Source of the DNA: Chlamydiales bacterium
GTDB lineage: Bacteria; Chlamydiota; Chlamydiia; Chlamydiales; CALTSX01
Reading direction: 5' to 3'
Length of the DNA stretch: 64,000 bases
Assembly (NCBI GenBank): GCA_051647685.1
Contig: JBOFEG010000001.1
Location: forward strand, 5,961-69,960
In this document: piece after piece, positions 27,769 through 37,449 of the stretch
Position numbering within the stretch: the stretch's first letter is position 1
Layout of the letters: each line of letters opens with the position of its first letter
Notes under the pieces: model-generated
Told to the model about the DNA's origin: nothing
Database searches by the model: none
What the model saw: only the letters and a program-made list of their open reading frames with translations
Made by a program: the position numbers and the translations under genes

Positions 27769-29079
27769 TTAAAAAGCATAGATAAATTCAATTTCATATT
27801 GTTTGTATTTCATCGCGGGACCAATCGTTTTATTTAAATTAATCGATTGTCGATAACTTTGTGACATTGTGAGATTATTGGTGATTACATAAAGAAAATC
27901 AACAGCAAGTCCCTTATAATTGGTAGATCCAACTGCATTTTTTCTTGTGTTAGCACCACCCTCTCCTCTAAGACCCATCGTATAAAAACCAACTCTTTCG
28001 GCATTTCCTCTTCCAATTCCTGAGACATCGAATGAAGGTATTGCTTGGGCAGCAACCCATTGATAATTTACATCGATTGACCAGTCTCCCGGTTTTCTGA
28101 GCTCCCCTACTGAAAATCCCATGTAATAAGCCCAATTCGCTTTTGTATGATTTGTAAGATCAATTTTTTTAAGGATAGTGCAACCATCCCTAACAACTAA
28201 AGGCTTATCTGTCGCTTTATGATTGAGCAAACCTGCTGTATATATAATAACAGGTCTCCTACATTGAGGAAGAGAAAACTTATACCCAACGAGTCCCTGG
28301 GAGATAGTAAATCGAAACATTCGGTGTCGAGCATCACTGTGAAATCCCTTTGTGTCCCAGTCTATTAGAGAGTACTTAACATAAAGTCCGGAATCCCATA
28401 AATCTAGCACACCGAGTTCAACAGCTATGCCATAATGATTTCTACGTTGATTCGTAACAAAACCGCCACCATATATATAGAAATCGCCAAACCTGTCATA
28501 AGCATTTGCATATTTAAATACTAAACCGTCCATGATAGATCCAAATTGAATCCTTGAATCATAAACGTCCATTAAACATCTTCTACCAATTTCTATATCT
28601 GCAGAATAACTTTCGCTTTCAAGTAATCTCGCCCCAAAGTAAGCTTTCTCAAGCCGTACTCGATCGAAAGTACCGGTAAAAATTCCTGCAGTATTATCAA
28701 ATTCGATTTTAACTAGCGCCCATGTCCGATCAGCTCTGTAATCAAACATTAAATTGACTTCAATATCGAAATTACGAGTAGGAAATGTTCGAGCAAATCT
28801 ACTGGAGCCGCGTTGTCTAACACCATTTTTTGTTTCATGGGTACTTTGTAGTTCTGTACGTACGTCTCCACTAAAAGAGAGGATGCCTCCCTTTTCTCGA
28901 ATGCTAATTTGCTGTTGTTTGATCCATGCTTTAAGTTCTTTCCAATCGGTATCAGTGATTGGAGTGGGCTGAGTTAGGCTAGGATTTATAAGAGTATTTT
29001 CGAGAGGAAGTTCATTTTGTGCAAAAATAATTGTAGCAAAAATACAACTGTTTATTAGGCTAACAAAAAATAAACGCAT
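27769..29079 (-). CDS. Outer-membrane beta-barrel porin, unrelated to the MOMP-like family above
   Basis: 436 aa. Signal peptide (...ATIIFAQ), N-terminal helical segment (DWKELKAWIKQQQISIREKGG), then alternating amphipathic strands (FDIEVNLMFDYRADRTWALVKIEFDN...), and terminal EFIYAF. It reminds me of Legionella/Coxiella-type major OMP porins, but I cannot assert the family. Confidence 0.65.
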   Translation of the reverse strand: MRLFFVSLINSCIFATIIFAQNELPLENTLINPSLTQPTPITDTDWKELKAWIKQQQISIREKGGILSFSGDVRTELQSTHETKNGVRQRGSSRFARTFPTRNFDIEVNLMFDYRADRTWALVKIEFDNTAGIFTGTFDRVRLEKAYFGARLLESESYSADIEIGRRCLMDVYDSRIQFGSIMDGLVFKYANAYDRFGDFYIYGGGFVTNQRRNHYGIAVELGVLDLWDSGLYVKYSLIDWDTKGFHSDARHRMFRFTISQGLVGYKFSLPQCRRPVIIYTAGLLNHKATDKPLVVRDGCTILKKIDLTNHTKANWAYYMGFSVGELRKPGDWSIDVNYQWVAAQAIPSFDVSGIGRGNAERVGFYTMGLRGEGGANTRKNAVGSTNYKGLAVDFLYVITNNLTMSQSYRQSINLNKTIGPAMKYKQYEIEFIYAF

Positions 29080-29161
29080 AAAATAATCTTACGAAATAAA
29101 AGAAAAAAAATAATATAAAAAATGTAAATTAAATTCAAGTAAGGGTTTTTTGCACAGTTTA

Positions 29162-30814
29162 TTACTGTGGATTTCTGTCGGAAGGGTGAGGCAAGAATAA
29201 CAATGAGATTGTTGATTGATGAATATGAAATAAGGCATGTTCGATTTTGCTGGTATATTGCGTCTGTATAATCAAGGGTTTAGTTTTTGAAATTAATAGA
29301 CATTGGTGTTTTCCAGTTTTATGTTTGACTTTGTTGTATAAATCACCACTTGGCATTGACGAGGTATCTTTCCACTCTAAAATATGATTTTTTGGGATAA
29401 TCAAATGAAAAAGAGAAAACCTTTGTCCGACTAAATATAATTGTACATCTGGAATTTTACTCAACAAAAAGAGAACTGATTTCCAAGAAAGAGGGTAAAC
29501 GATATAGCAAGCAGGAATATTTGCTGGAATACTCGGAAAATTTGCATATTTTGAGAAAAAAAATTTTCCAATAAACCGAAGAACTTCTCGCAATGATTGC
29601 AAAATCATTGTAATCGCAATAATTGCAGTGATAACTCCTATGATTAAAAAGCTACTTGCCGCAGTGAAGCCTAGACTATTATTAAAAAAATACAAGAGAA
29701 TTGGAGCGATAAAAACGCCAAAAAAGCTTAAGAAATTCAGACTTGCAGCGACTTTTCCCAAATGTCCCTCTGGACTATTTGTTTGAATGAACGAATCTAA
29801 GGGTACAACGAATAACCCCCCGGCAAATCCAATCAGGAAGAGTAAAACGATTACAAAAATATAAGAAAAAATAGCCAAAGGCAATAATATACAAAAAATA
29901 GATAATGCAAATAATGCCAGGTAGGAGAGTCCAATTTCTATTTGGTTTTGAAGAAATTTTCCCGCTATAAAAGCGCCGAGCATAATTCCGAGCGCAGTAA
30001 CGGGAAATAAGTACCCACCTCCGATCGAGCTCAAATGTAGCGACTGAATGCTAAATAGAATAATATTTAACTGAAAGAATGCACCTAAGAAAAGAAAAAA
30101 AGCATTAGATAGCATAACAAGTATAAGGTGTTCTTTCTTTCGACACATTTGTAGAGTTTTAAATATTTCACTAAAAACTATGGATCGAAAAATATTTTTG
30201 TCGGAAGAATTAGAGGAATGAGTCGGAGAAATTTTTAAACTTGCTATGAATCCAAGCACAGCAATGGTTAATGGAATCAAAGCACATAAAGTAAAATTAT
30301 ATCTCGTAACTTGTGTAATAAAGGATGCAAATAATCCTCCGAGGATAATAGCGAGGTAGGTAAAGGCACTGATTATACCATTTGCTTTGGGAATTGAGCT
30401 TTTAGAAACGAGTTCGGGAATAATACTGTATTTCGCAGGACTGAAGATAGAACTGTGTATAGACAAGAGAAATAAAAATGTGTAACAAGCTATAGTATTT
30501 GACCAAAGAAATGTAAAGAATCCAAAAAGAGTAATAAATATTTCACTCATTTTTAATAATACAATCAATCGCTGCTTGCTAAATAAATCTGCAAGAAGAC
30601 CGGCTAAAGGAGAAAAAATTAAAAAAGGGGTTACATAAATTACTCCTACCCAAAGGAGAATTGTATTGGTATTCGAGATTCCTTGGACTTGAATGAGAAA
30701 AAAAACAATTAGATATTTTACAATATTGTCGTTTAATGCACCGAGAAATTGTGTAATATTAAGAAAATAAATGGAGTGAAAACGAGAGCCTTTTTTTTTT
30801 AATAAAGAAATCAT
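29162..30814 (-). CDS. lplT: MFS transporter of the lysophospholipid transporter (LplT) type, with a C-terminal acyltransferase-like remnant
   Basis: 550 aa. N-terminal FLGALNDNIVKYLIVFF is the LplT-type motif (NDNxxK). About 12 TM segments, then a ~140-aa soluble tail. Confidence 0.65.
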   Translation of the reverse strand: MISLLKKKGSRFHSIYFLNITQFLGALNDNIVKYLIVFFLIQVQGISNTNTILLWVGVIYVTPFLIFSPLAGLLADLFSKQRLIVLLKMSEIFITLFGFFTFLWSNTIACYTFLFLLSIHSSIFSPAKYSIIPELVSKSSIPKANGIISAFTYLAIILGGLFASFITQVTRYNFTLCALIPLTIAVLGFIASLKISPTHSSNSSDKNIFRSIVFSEIFKTLQMCRKKEHLILVMLSNAFFLFLGAFFQLNIILFSIQSLHLSSIGGGYLFPVTALGIMLGAFIAGKFLQNQIEIGLSYLALFALSIFCILLPLAIFSYIFVIVLLFLIGFAGGLFVVPLDSFIQTNSPEGHLGKVAASLNFLSFFGVFIAPILLYFFNNSLGFTAASSFLIIGVITAIIAITMILQSLREVLRFIGKFFFSKYANFPSIPANIPACYIVYPLSWKSVLFLLSKIPDVQLYLVGQRFSLFHLIIPKNHILEWKDTSSMPSGDLYNKVKHKTGKHQCLLISKTKPLIIQTQYTSKIEHALFHIHQSTISLLFLPHPSDRNPQ

Positions 30815-30872
30815 AGGGGGAAATTATCGTTTTTGCAATCAATTGAACTTATTCACAAAATTTCACTATATA

Positions 30873-33800
30873 ATGATTATGTCAAATTGTTTTCTCAGCC
30901 ACCGAATTTCTTATCTAGCTCGTGAAATTGGGAACTCTATATATCGAAGTAAAGAAATTTCTCGCAAAATTATTGTTACAGACCAGTGCCGTCAAAAAGA
31001 GTACCTAACCTCTTTTTTTATGGATAGATATGGCATTTCAATGGGATTCCATTGGTTGCAATTATGTCAGGTAACCGAGTATTTATTTTCGATAGTTGGG
31101 CAGAATTCGTATAAATTTCCCAATATATCTCTACTCACGTTGCATATTGAACAAGAAATTAAAAGATCTCTGAAGCAAAAAGATCCGGTATTTCTCCCAT
31201 TACAAAAGTACCTTGACGCTCGAGCGTCCTCTATTCGTTTATACAAAATAGCTAACTATCTAGCTTCTTTATTCGTGCTTTATGGCAATGTGGAATTTGA
31301 GATACTAGAGCAATGGTTGAAAAAAAACGAGTGGCAGCAAGAGTTATTTATGAGACTTATGTCTCATTGGGAAATTCCATCTACTTTTGCAAAGCGAGGA
31401 ATTTTTACACTTCCATTTCGCGTAGACATTCATTTTTTTCACTGTTCCTATATTTCCAAGACGTTACTAAGGTTTTTTGAAAGTAAGGTAATAGGACTTC
31501 AGTGTTATTTTTATGTATTTTCTCCGACTTCATTATACTGGGGAGATTTACACAGCGATCGTAAAGCCTCTTATTTATCTCGTCATTATACGAAACATAA
31601 AGTCCCAGAACAGTATATTTTAGCTGTAAATAGTTATGTAAAATCAGAAAATACTTTTCTTTCCAATTTAGCAGAATTTGGACAAACCCTACTTAACTAT
31701 GCCATCGAGAAAAATTGGGATATTAAAGAGGATTTTGCGAGAGAAAATGGAGAAACACTATTACACAATTTGCAAAAAACTTTGGTAGCAGATGCATGTG
31801 ATCTTGAAAAGATCGACTATCGCATGAACAGTTGTGATGATTCGATCCAAGTACACAGAACAATATCAATGATGCAAGAACTCGAAATTTTATACAGGAC
31901 GATTGGGAAAATTATTGAAAGCGATCCAAAACTAGATCTTAGCGATATTATGGTTGTGGCACCAAATATTGCTACCTATGCCCCCTTAATACCTTTTGTT
32001 TTCTCAAAAAAAAATAGTAATTTGCCTTATGTGATAGACGGAAATAACGAAGAAATCAATGAATTATTGCGAGGAATTGTTGAAATATTGCAACTTGTGG
32101 GCTCCTCTCTCGATATATCTAGTGTGCGTACCTTCCTTTCTCTACCTTTAGTGCAAAAGAAATTTGCTCTATCTGAAAGAGATATAGAAGATTTTTTTAT
32201 ACTTGTTGAAAAAATGAATGTCTCTTGGGGTTTTAATATAGCTCATCGAACAAAAGTTTTGAATACTAGAAGAGAAGATAGCAATTTAGATGACACTGGT
32301 ACCTGGGAATATTTTTTCGATCGCATTCTCTATGGATTTTGTATGGTCGTTGATTGCCAAAATAAAAATTTTGAAGAAAAAGTCGACTATCAATTTTTTC
32401 CATCGTGTAATTTGTCTTTTACAAAAGCTCCATGGATAGGAGTTTTTTATTCTATTGTAAACACTATTTATCAAAACATATGTGGCAGGGACACGGAAGA
32501 AATGGAGATAGAGCGATGGGTTAGCCTTCTCTTCCAATGGATAGATACATTATTAATAGAGGAATTTGATAGCTGTGATGCAGGAGTTCATTTAAAAAAA
32601 CACCTGTGTAATATTTATAAACTGCCCCTCACTTGTCGAACAAGTCCTATCTCATTTAATTCATTTAGTCAATTTCTCCGTTCTGTCCTTAGAGAATATG
32701 AGTTGATCCCGAATAGAATCGGGAAAATCTGCTTTTCTTCTTTGCAGCAAGGCAAAATTACTCCCAGTAAAATTTTGTGTATACTTGGATTTGATGCAGA
32801 CAGTTTTCCGAAAAAACAACAAGAAAACTCCCTGCATGATTTGAAAGTAGATGAGATAATGCTCGCCCAATGTACAGCGCAAGATCGCTTTTGTTTCTTA
32901 GAAATTCTCCATCAAGCAGAAGATAAATTGCTGTTTTTTTTTAATGCATTTGACCCTTTGGATGGAAAAGAAAGAGAATATTCTCATCTGATATCAGAAT
33001 TATTTGATTATTTAGATGCTACAATGGGAATAAATAGCTACCAGCAGTGTTTTATAGACCATCATACGGTTTTACCTACTGCTAAGGAAAAAGTATTTTT
33101 ATTACACTATGAGAACAAATCTGTGTGTGAATTTGATCAATCTTTTCAGACTGTAGGGAGTGGTTCTATCCCGCAAAATTTCCATATTGCAAACTTATTT
33201 AGACTCGCAAAAAATCCTATCTATATTTATTTTCAAGTCAAGTTTGGGATATTTTGGAAATCAGAATATGCTTTGGATCAATATCACCTAACTGTATCAA
33301 ATTTAGACCGTTTTATAATAAAGAATTCTTTATTTCGATATCCGAGTGATCACATATTGCAGTTGCAACAAGTATTGGGAAAGTTGCCCAGTGGTGCATT
33401 TAAGAATCTCGCTTCTCAAACAATTTTATTAGAAGAAAAAAAGATTCACGAAAAACTTAGCTGTGTAAACAAACCCATTTTTTCGGTCTATATACATCCA
33501 GACATCGTGGAGTCTATACAATGGGTAGATATGTGGTTTATTCCTTCTACAATATATAAGGATATATGTGACATTACCTTAAAAGGGGAATTGCACAATG
33601 TTTCGCCATCTGGGCTCCTTTGCCAAGGCAAAATAGAATTACAAAATCTCTGTCGTGAATGGCCGAGAATTGTACTTTTTATGTCTATTGTTCAAAAACA
33701 TTGCCATTGTGTTCCTGAAGTTATTTTCTTAGAAGACAAAAAAACATGGAAAGTTCCTCCAATAGATTGGGAAAATGCTCTTCGCGAATATATCTTTTAT

Positions 33801-34052
33801 TATAGAATAGCAAGCCAAGTTATTTCTCCCCTGCACCCCAAATGGATGAAATTTTTTCTGACTGATCAAGAAGACCAATGGTGTGATATGGTTCGCTCGT
33901 CCCAGATTGATTTTGGTAGCAATTTACAATGGCTAAAAGAGATTTTTCCACAAGTGGCTCCACTGCCCTTTTTCTATCGCAAATGGTATGAATATGTTCA
34001 AACAAAGCTTACCTGTCTCTTAGAGAGTTGCAAGAGTTATGAAAATATTTAA
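30873..34052 (+). CDS. recC: Exodeoxyribonuclease V gamma subunit RecC
   Basis: About 1060 aa, immediately upstream of and overlapping recB by 14 nt. The size, the N-terminal MxxSNxxxxL-type start (MIMSNCFLSHRISYLAREIG) and the operon context fit RecC, though the sequence is divergent. The track start at 30843 is a TTG only 28 nt from the divergent lplT start. The ATG at 30873 or 30879 is more likely. Confidence 0.75.
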   Translation: MIMSNCFLSHRISYLAREIGNSIYRSKEISRKIIVTDQCRQKEYLTSFFMDRYGISMGFHWLQLCQVTEYLFSIVGQNSYKFPNISLLTLHIEQEIKRSLKQKDPVFLPLQKYLDARASSIRLYKIANYLASLFVLYGNVEFEILEQWLKKNEWQQELFMRLMSHWEIPSTFAKRGIFTLPFRVDIHFFHCSYISKTLLRFFESKVIGLQCYFYVFSPTSLYWGDLHSDRKASYLSRHYTKHKVPEQYILAVNSYVKSENTFLSNLAEFGQTLLNYAIEKNWDIKEDFARENGETLLHNLQKTLVADACDLEKIDYRMNSCDDSIQVHRTISMMQELEILYRTIGKIIESDPKLDLSDIMVVAPNIATYAPLIPFVFSKKNSNLPYVIDGNNEEINELLRGIVEILQLVGSSLDISSVRTFLSLPLVQKKFALSERDIEDFFILVEKMNVSWGFNIAHRTKVLNTRREDSNLDDTGTWEYFFDRILYGFCMVVDCQNKNFEEKVDYQFFPSCNLSFTKAPWIGVFYSIVNTIYQNICGRDTEEMEIERWVSLLFQWIDTLLIEEFDSCDAGVHLKKHLCNIYKLPLTCRTSPISFNSFSQFLRSVLREYELIPNRIGKICFSSLQQGKITPSKILCILGFDADSFPKKQQENSLHDLKVDEIMLAQCTAQDRFCFLEILHQAEDKLLFFFNAFDPLDGKEREYSHLISELFDYLDATMGINSYQQCFIDHHTVLPTAKEKVFLLHYENKSVCEFDQSFQTVGSGSIPQNFHIANLFRLAKNPIYIYFQVKFGIFWKSEYALDQYHLTVSNLDRFIIKNSLFRYPSDHILQLQQVLGKLPSGAFKNLASQTILLEEKKIHEKLSCVNKPIFSVYIHPDIVESIQWVDMWFIPSTIYKDICDITLKGELHNVSPSGLLCQGKIELQNLCREWPRIVLFMSIVQKHCHCVPEVIFLEDKKTWKVPPIDWENALREYIFYYRIASQVISPLHPKWMKFFLTDQEDQWCDMVRSSQIDFGSNLQWLKEIFPQVAPLPFFYRKWYEYVQTKLTCLLESCKSYENI

Positions 34053-37000
34053 CTGTTTAGATAAGACACTTTCTTTGCGAGGCAAATTTTTTATTGAGGC
34101 TTCTGCTGGTAGTGGCAAAACTTTTTCTATGGAGCAAGTTTTCCTTCGCTTACTCTTAGATACTAAGCCCCTCTGTTTATCACAAATTCTGATTGTGACA
34201 TTTACAAAAGATGCTACCAAAGAGATTGCTGGGCGTATTCGTAAAACTATACGATCCAGTATTCTATATTTAGAAAATCCCGAACAAGCATCGGAATTTG
34301 AGTATTTACAAGCGATTAAAGAGGGAGATCCATTAAAGAAAAAAATTGCTATTCTTAATCTCACGCATGCGCTTCATTCTTTTGATGAGGCAAATATATA
34401 TACAATACATGGGTTTTGCCTTGCAATGCTATCTACGTTCGCATTTGAGGCAAATATTGCAATAGGATGTACAGAGGATTTGGATTTAGAATATCCTCGT
34501 ACACTCTTGAAAAAATGGTTAATTTCTATTCCTATAAATGAAGTCGGTGCATGTCAATTACAAAGCCTTATTAACTTTTTCAAAGACGATATCGCGAGAC
34601 TAATAAAGCGATTATTAGAATTTGTTAAAACTCGGGCTACATTTATTGCAACGGATGGATTTGCTCTCCAAGTAGAGGCAATCTATTCCATTACTAAAAA
34701 ATATTCTGTTCTTCAAATTGAAAACCTGAGAGATCAATTAGTCCACTTTTTGTCTACTTATCAAACAAGTTGTAATAGTCAGAGGAAACTCCATACCCAT
34801 TACCAACTACAAATTGATGGGTGGATTTCACTATTGTCAGACCCCGCTCCATCCCTTGTCAAAGTGAACGAATTGTTAAGTTATAAGCCATTATTGTTCA
34901 ATTTAGTACAAAAGCCTCAAAAAAAAATCAGTTCATCCCTATATGTCGCGGAGAATATTAAGTGTTGGATTTTTGAAATACATCAATTAATTGACAAAAT
35001 GCTAAATCCCAACTTGATTATGTTTCATATCGCTCACAAAGCCTCTATTTTTATTCAACAAGAGTTAAGTCATACTGAGCGAATGTTTGTGGATGATATT
35101 TTGGATCGAATGCTACTTGCAATCCAAAGTGAATCCTTTCTTGATAAAATACGCAGTCAATTTTCTGCTATTATGATTGATGAATTTCAAGATACAGATG
35201 CTAAGCAATGGAAAATTTTTTCGGAAATATTTTTATCAAACAACGAGCAGCTTCGAGCTATTTATTTAGTAGGAGATCCAAAACAATCGATTTATTCGTT
35301 TAGAAATGCCAATTTAGATATCTATTTTTTAGCGGAAAAATACATAGGAATAGATTGTAAGTATCGATTAGATACAAATTATAGAAGTTCCCCATCACTA
35401 GTTACCTCTCTCAATCGATTGTTTGATGATGGGAGATGGCTATTTTTAAAAGAAGACTCCAATCGACTTTCCTATAGACCTGCAAAAGTCGGTTCTGCTA
35501 CGGAAGAAATTCTGGACAATCGGTGTATCGGCTCAGTGCATTTCTCTTTGTTAGAATTAGAGAAAGCAAAATCTAGTAAATTATCTATACAAGATAAAGA
35601 AAATTCCCATATTTTCCCGTTTATTTACAGGGAGATAAAGGAACTTATAGAACAAGGAGCTTGTGAAGCGAGAGAAATTGTTATTCTTGTAAAAGATCGA
35701 TACCTCGCAAAGAGACTCATGGATTTTTTTGACAGCAGATCGGTTGCTTATTGTACTAAAGGCATGAACTCAATTACAAGTAGCTCTAGTTTCTCTTTGT
35801 TATTTAAATTATTCAGTGCTTTGGCGAACTTGCAAAAGACTCAATGGATCATAGATTTTTTTATGCATCCATTATTGCAAATCTCTCTGCATCAACTACA
35901 GAAGAAAGCAGATTCAGATTATATAGAAGCAGTTCACCAATTCTTTATCCTATCTGAAGAAATGAAGCTGGGTCGTTTATCCGATTTTTTTGCCAAGATA
36001 GTTACAACCCCTTTCTTTGGATATAACCTTGTAGAAAGAATTTCTTTGAGAGGAAATGACCATTACAATGAATTTATACAAATAATTGAATTAATTATGG
36101 TTCAATTTCCAGGCTATAATGTGCATCCACAAGAAATCATTCATTTTTTTGAAACTATACAAAATAAGAATCCAGAAGAAGATCCTCGCATTCGTAAACG
36201 AGCATCAAATAGCTTGCATGCTTTAAGTATTATGACTATTCACGCGAGTAAAGGACTCGAATTTTCGGTTGTATTTGCACTTGGTCTTGGTTATAGAACC
36301 CCAGTTCCTGAAAAAATTATTCAAAAAGAAAATATCTGGACTGATTTAAGTAAAGATACAGAAGGATATGAGGAATATCTTTGGAAGTGTGAAGAAGAGA
36401 AGATGCGACAATTCTATGTCGCTGCAACTCGCGCTAAAAAGAGATTATATCTGCCTATTTTTATTCATAAAGAAGAGAAACTTAGTCCAATAGGCGCTGC
36501 AGCTCCAATGGAACTTTTCCTAATGCGGATGATATATCCAAATATATTAGGTAAACAAATATATAGATCTCTCGCCCAATTACAATGTCCAGCTATCATC
36601 GATTGGATTCAAAGCCTTATCCAAGAAAAACAGATTACCTATGAAGTTATAACTCAAACGCCAATGATAGAGACACCCAAAAAATTTGAACTCTATAGAA
36701 GAGTAGAAACAAGTTTTTCTTTTTCTTTCCCGAGCATTGAAATTTTATCTTTTTCTAAGCTTAATACGCGTCACAAGGATAAGAATATTGGTCTCATTCA
36801 ATATTCAGAAAAAGAAAGTGGTGGTATTCATGCATTGCCACCAGGTCACAATACGGGAACAATACTTCATGAGATATTGGATAGCATTGTGGAACGGGGG
36901 CTTTTTGCGCCATTTCAAGAAAAATGTATAGAATCTGTCATTCATGAAAAAATTAGATATAACCATCTGCTTCCTTACTATGATGACATTCGACAAATGG

Positions 37001-37449
37001 TTAATTGCGTTTTTCATGTTCCATTATTTCCATATACTTTCTCTTTAACAGAGGTACAACCAATACATGGATTATCGGAAATGCAATTTGTATATAAACT
37101 TGGTCGTGGAGTTTATATGCAGGGAATTATCGATTTACTGTTTATGTCAGGAAATCAATACTTTATTGTAGATTGGAAATCTCATTATCTCGGGGTAGAT
37201 AATAGTTCCTATACAAAAGAAAATATCGAAAAAACCATGACTGCGAATAATTATTTCCTTCAGGCAAAAATTTATACAAATGCATTAAAGAAGTATCTCA
37301 GTCATATAGAATCCAGGCCCTTTTCTCAATGCTTTGGAGGAGTTATCTATATTTTTCTTCGAGGACTTTTTAGTAACACAAATGGGATATATTATATTCC
37401 TCCATCACAAATAGGAGCCATAGAAGAGGTCATCTATGATGCCAATTGA
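34039..37449 (+). CDS. recB: Exodeoxyribonuclease V beta subunit RecB (UvrD-type helicase plus PD-(D/E)xK nuclease)
   Basis: 1136 aa. Walker A FIEASAGSGKTFSM, helicase motifs IDEFQDTD, LVGDPKQSIYSFR, TNYRS, TIHASKGLEF and YVAATRAKKRLY. C-terminal nuclease GIIDLLF...FIVDWKS...QAKIYTNAL. Confidence 0.9.
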   Translation: MKIFNCLDKTLSLRGKFFIEASAGSGKTFSMEQVFLRLLLDTKPLCLSQILIVTFTKDATKEIAGRIRKTIRSSILYLENPEQASEFEYLQAIKEGDPLKKKIAILNLTHALHSFDEANIYTIHGFCLAMLSTFAFEANIAIGCTEDLDLEYPRTLLKKWLISIPINEVGACQLQSLINFFKDDIARLIKRLLEFVKTRATFIATDGFALQVEAIYSITKKYSVLQIENLRDQLVHFLSTYQTSCNSQRKLHTHYQLQIDGWISLLSDPAPSLVKVNELLSYKPLLFNLVQKPQKKISSSLYVAENIKCWIFEIHQLIDKMLNPNLIMFHIAHKASIFIQQELSHTERMFVDDILDRMLLAIQSESFLDKIRSQFSAIMIDEFQDTDAKQWKIFSEIFLSNNEQLRAIYLVGDPKQSIYSFRNANLDIYFLAEKYIGIDCKYRLDTNYRSSPSLVTSLNRLFDDGRWLFLKEDSNRLSYRPAKVGSATEEILDNRCIGSVHFSLLELEKAKSSKLSIQDKENSHIFPFIYREIKELIEQGACEAREIVILVKDRYLAKRLMDFFDSRSVAYCTKGMNSITSSSSFSLLFKLFSALANLQKTQWIIDFFMHPLLQISLHQLQKKADSDYIEAVHQFFILSEEMKLGRLSDFFAKIVTTPFFGYNLVERISLRGNDHYNEFIQIIELIMVQFPGYNVHPQEIIHFFETIQNKNPEEDPRIRKRASNSLHALSIMTIHASKGLEFSVVFALGLGYRTPVPEKIIQKENIWTDLSKDTEGYEEYLWKCEEEKMRQFYVAATRAKKRLYLPIFIHKEEKLSPIGAAAPMELFLMRMIYPNILGKQIYRSLAQLQCPAIIDWIQSLIQEKQITYEVITQTPMIETPKKFELYRRVETSFSFSFPSIEILSFSKLNTRHKDKNIGLIQYSEKESGGIHALPPGHNTGTILHEILDSIVERGLFAPFQEKCIESVIHEKIRYNHLLPYYDDIRQMVNCVFHVPLFPYTFSLTEVQPIHGLSEMQFVYKLGRGVYMQGIIDLLFMSGNQYFIVDWKSHYLGVDNSSYTKENIEKTMTANNYFLQAKIYTNALKKYLSHIESRPFSQCFGGVIYIFLRGLFSNTNGIYYIPPSQIGAIEEVIYDAN

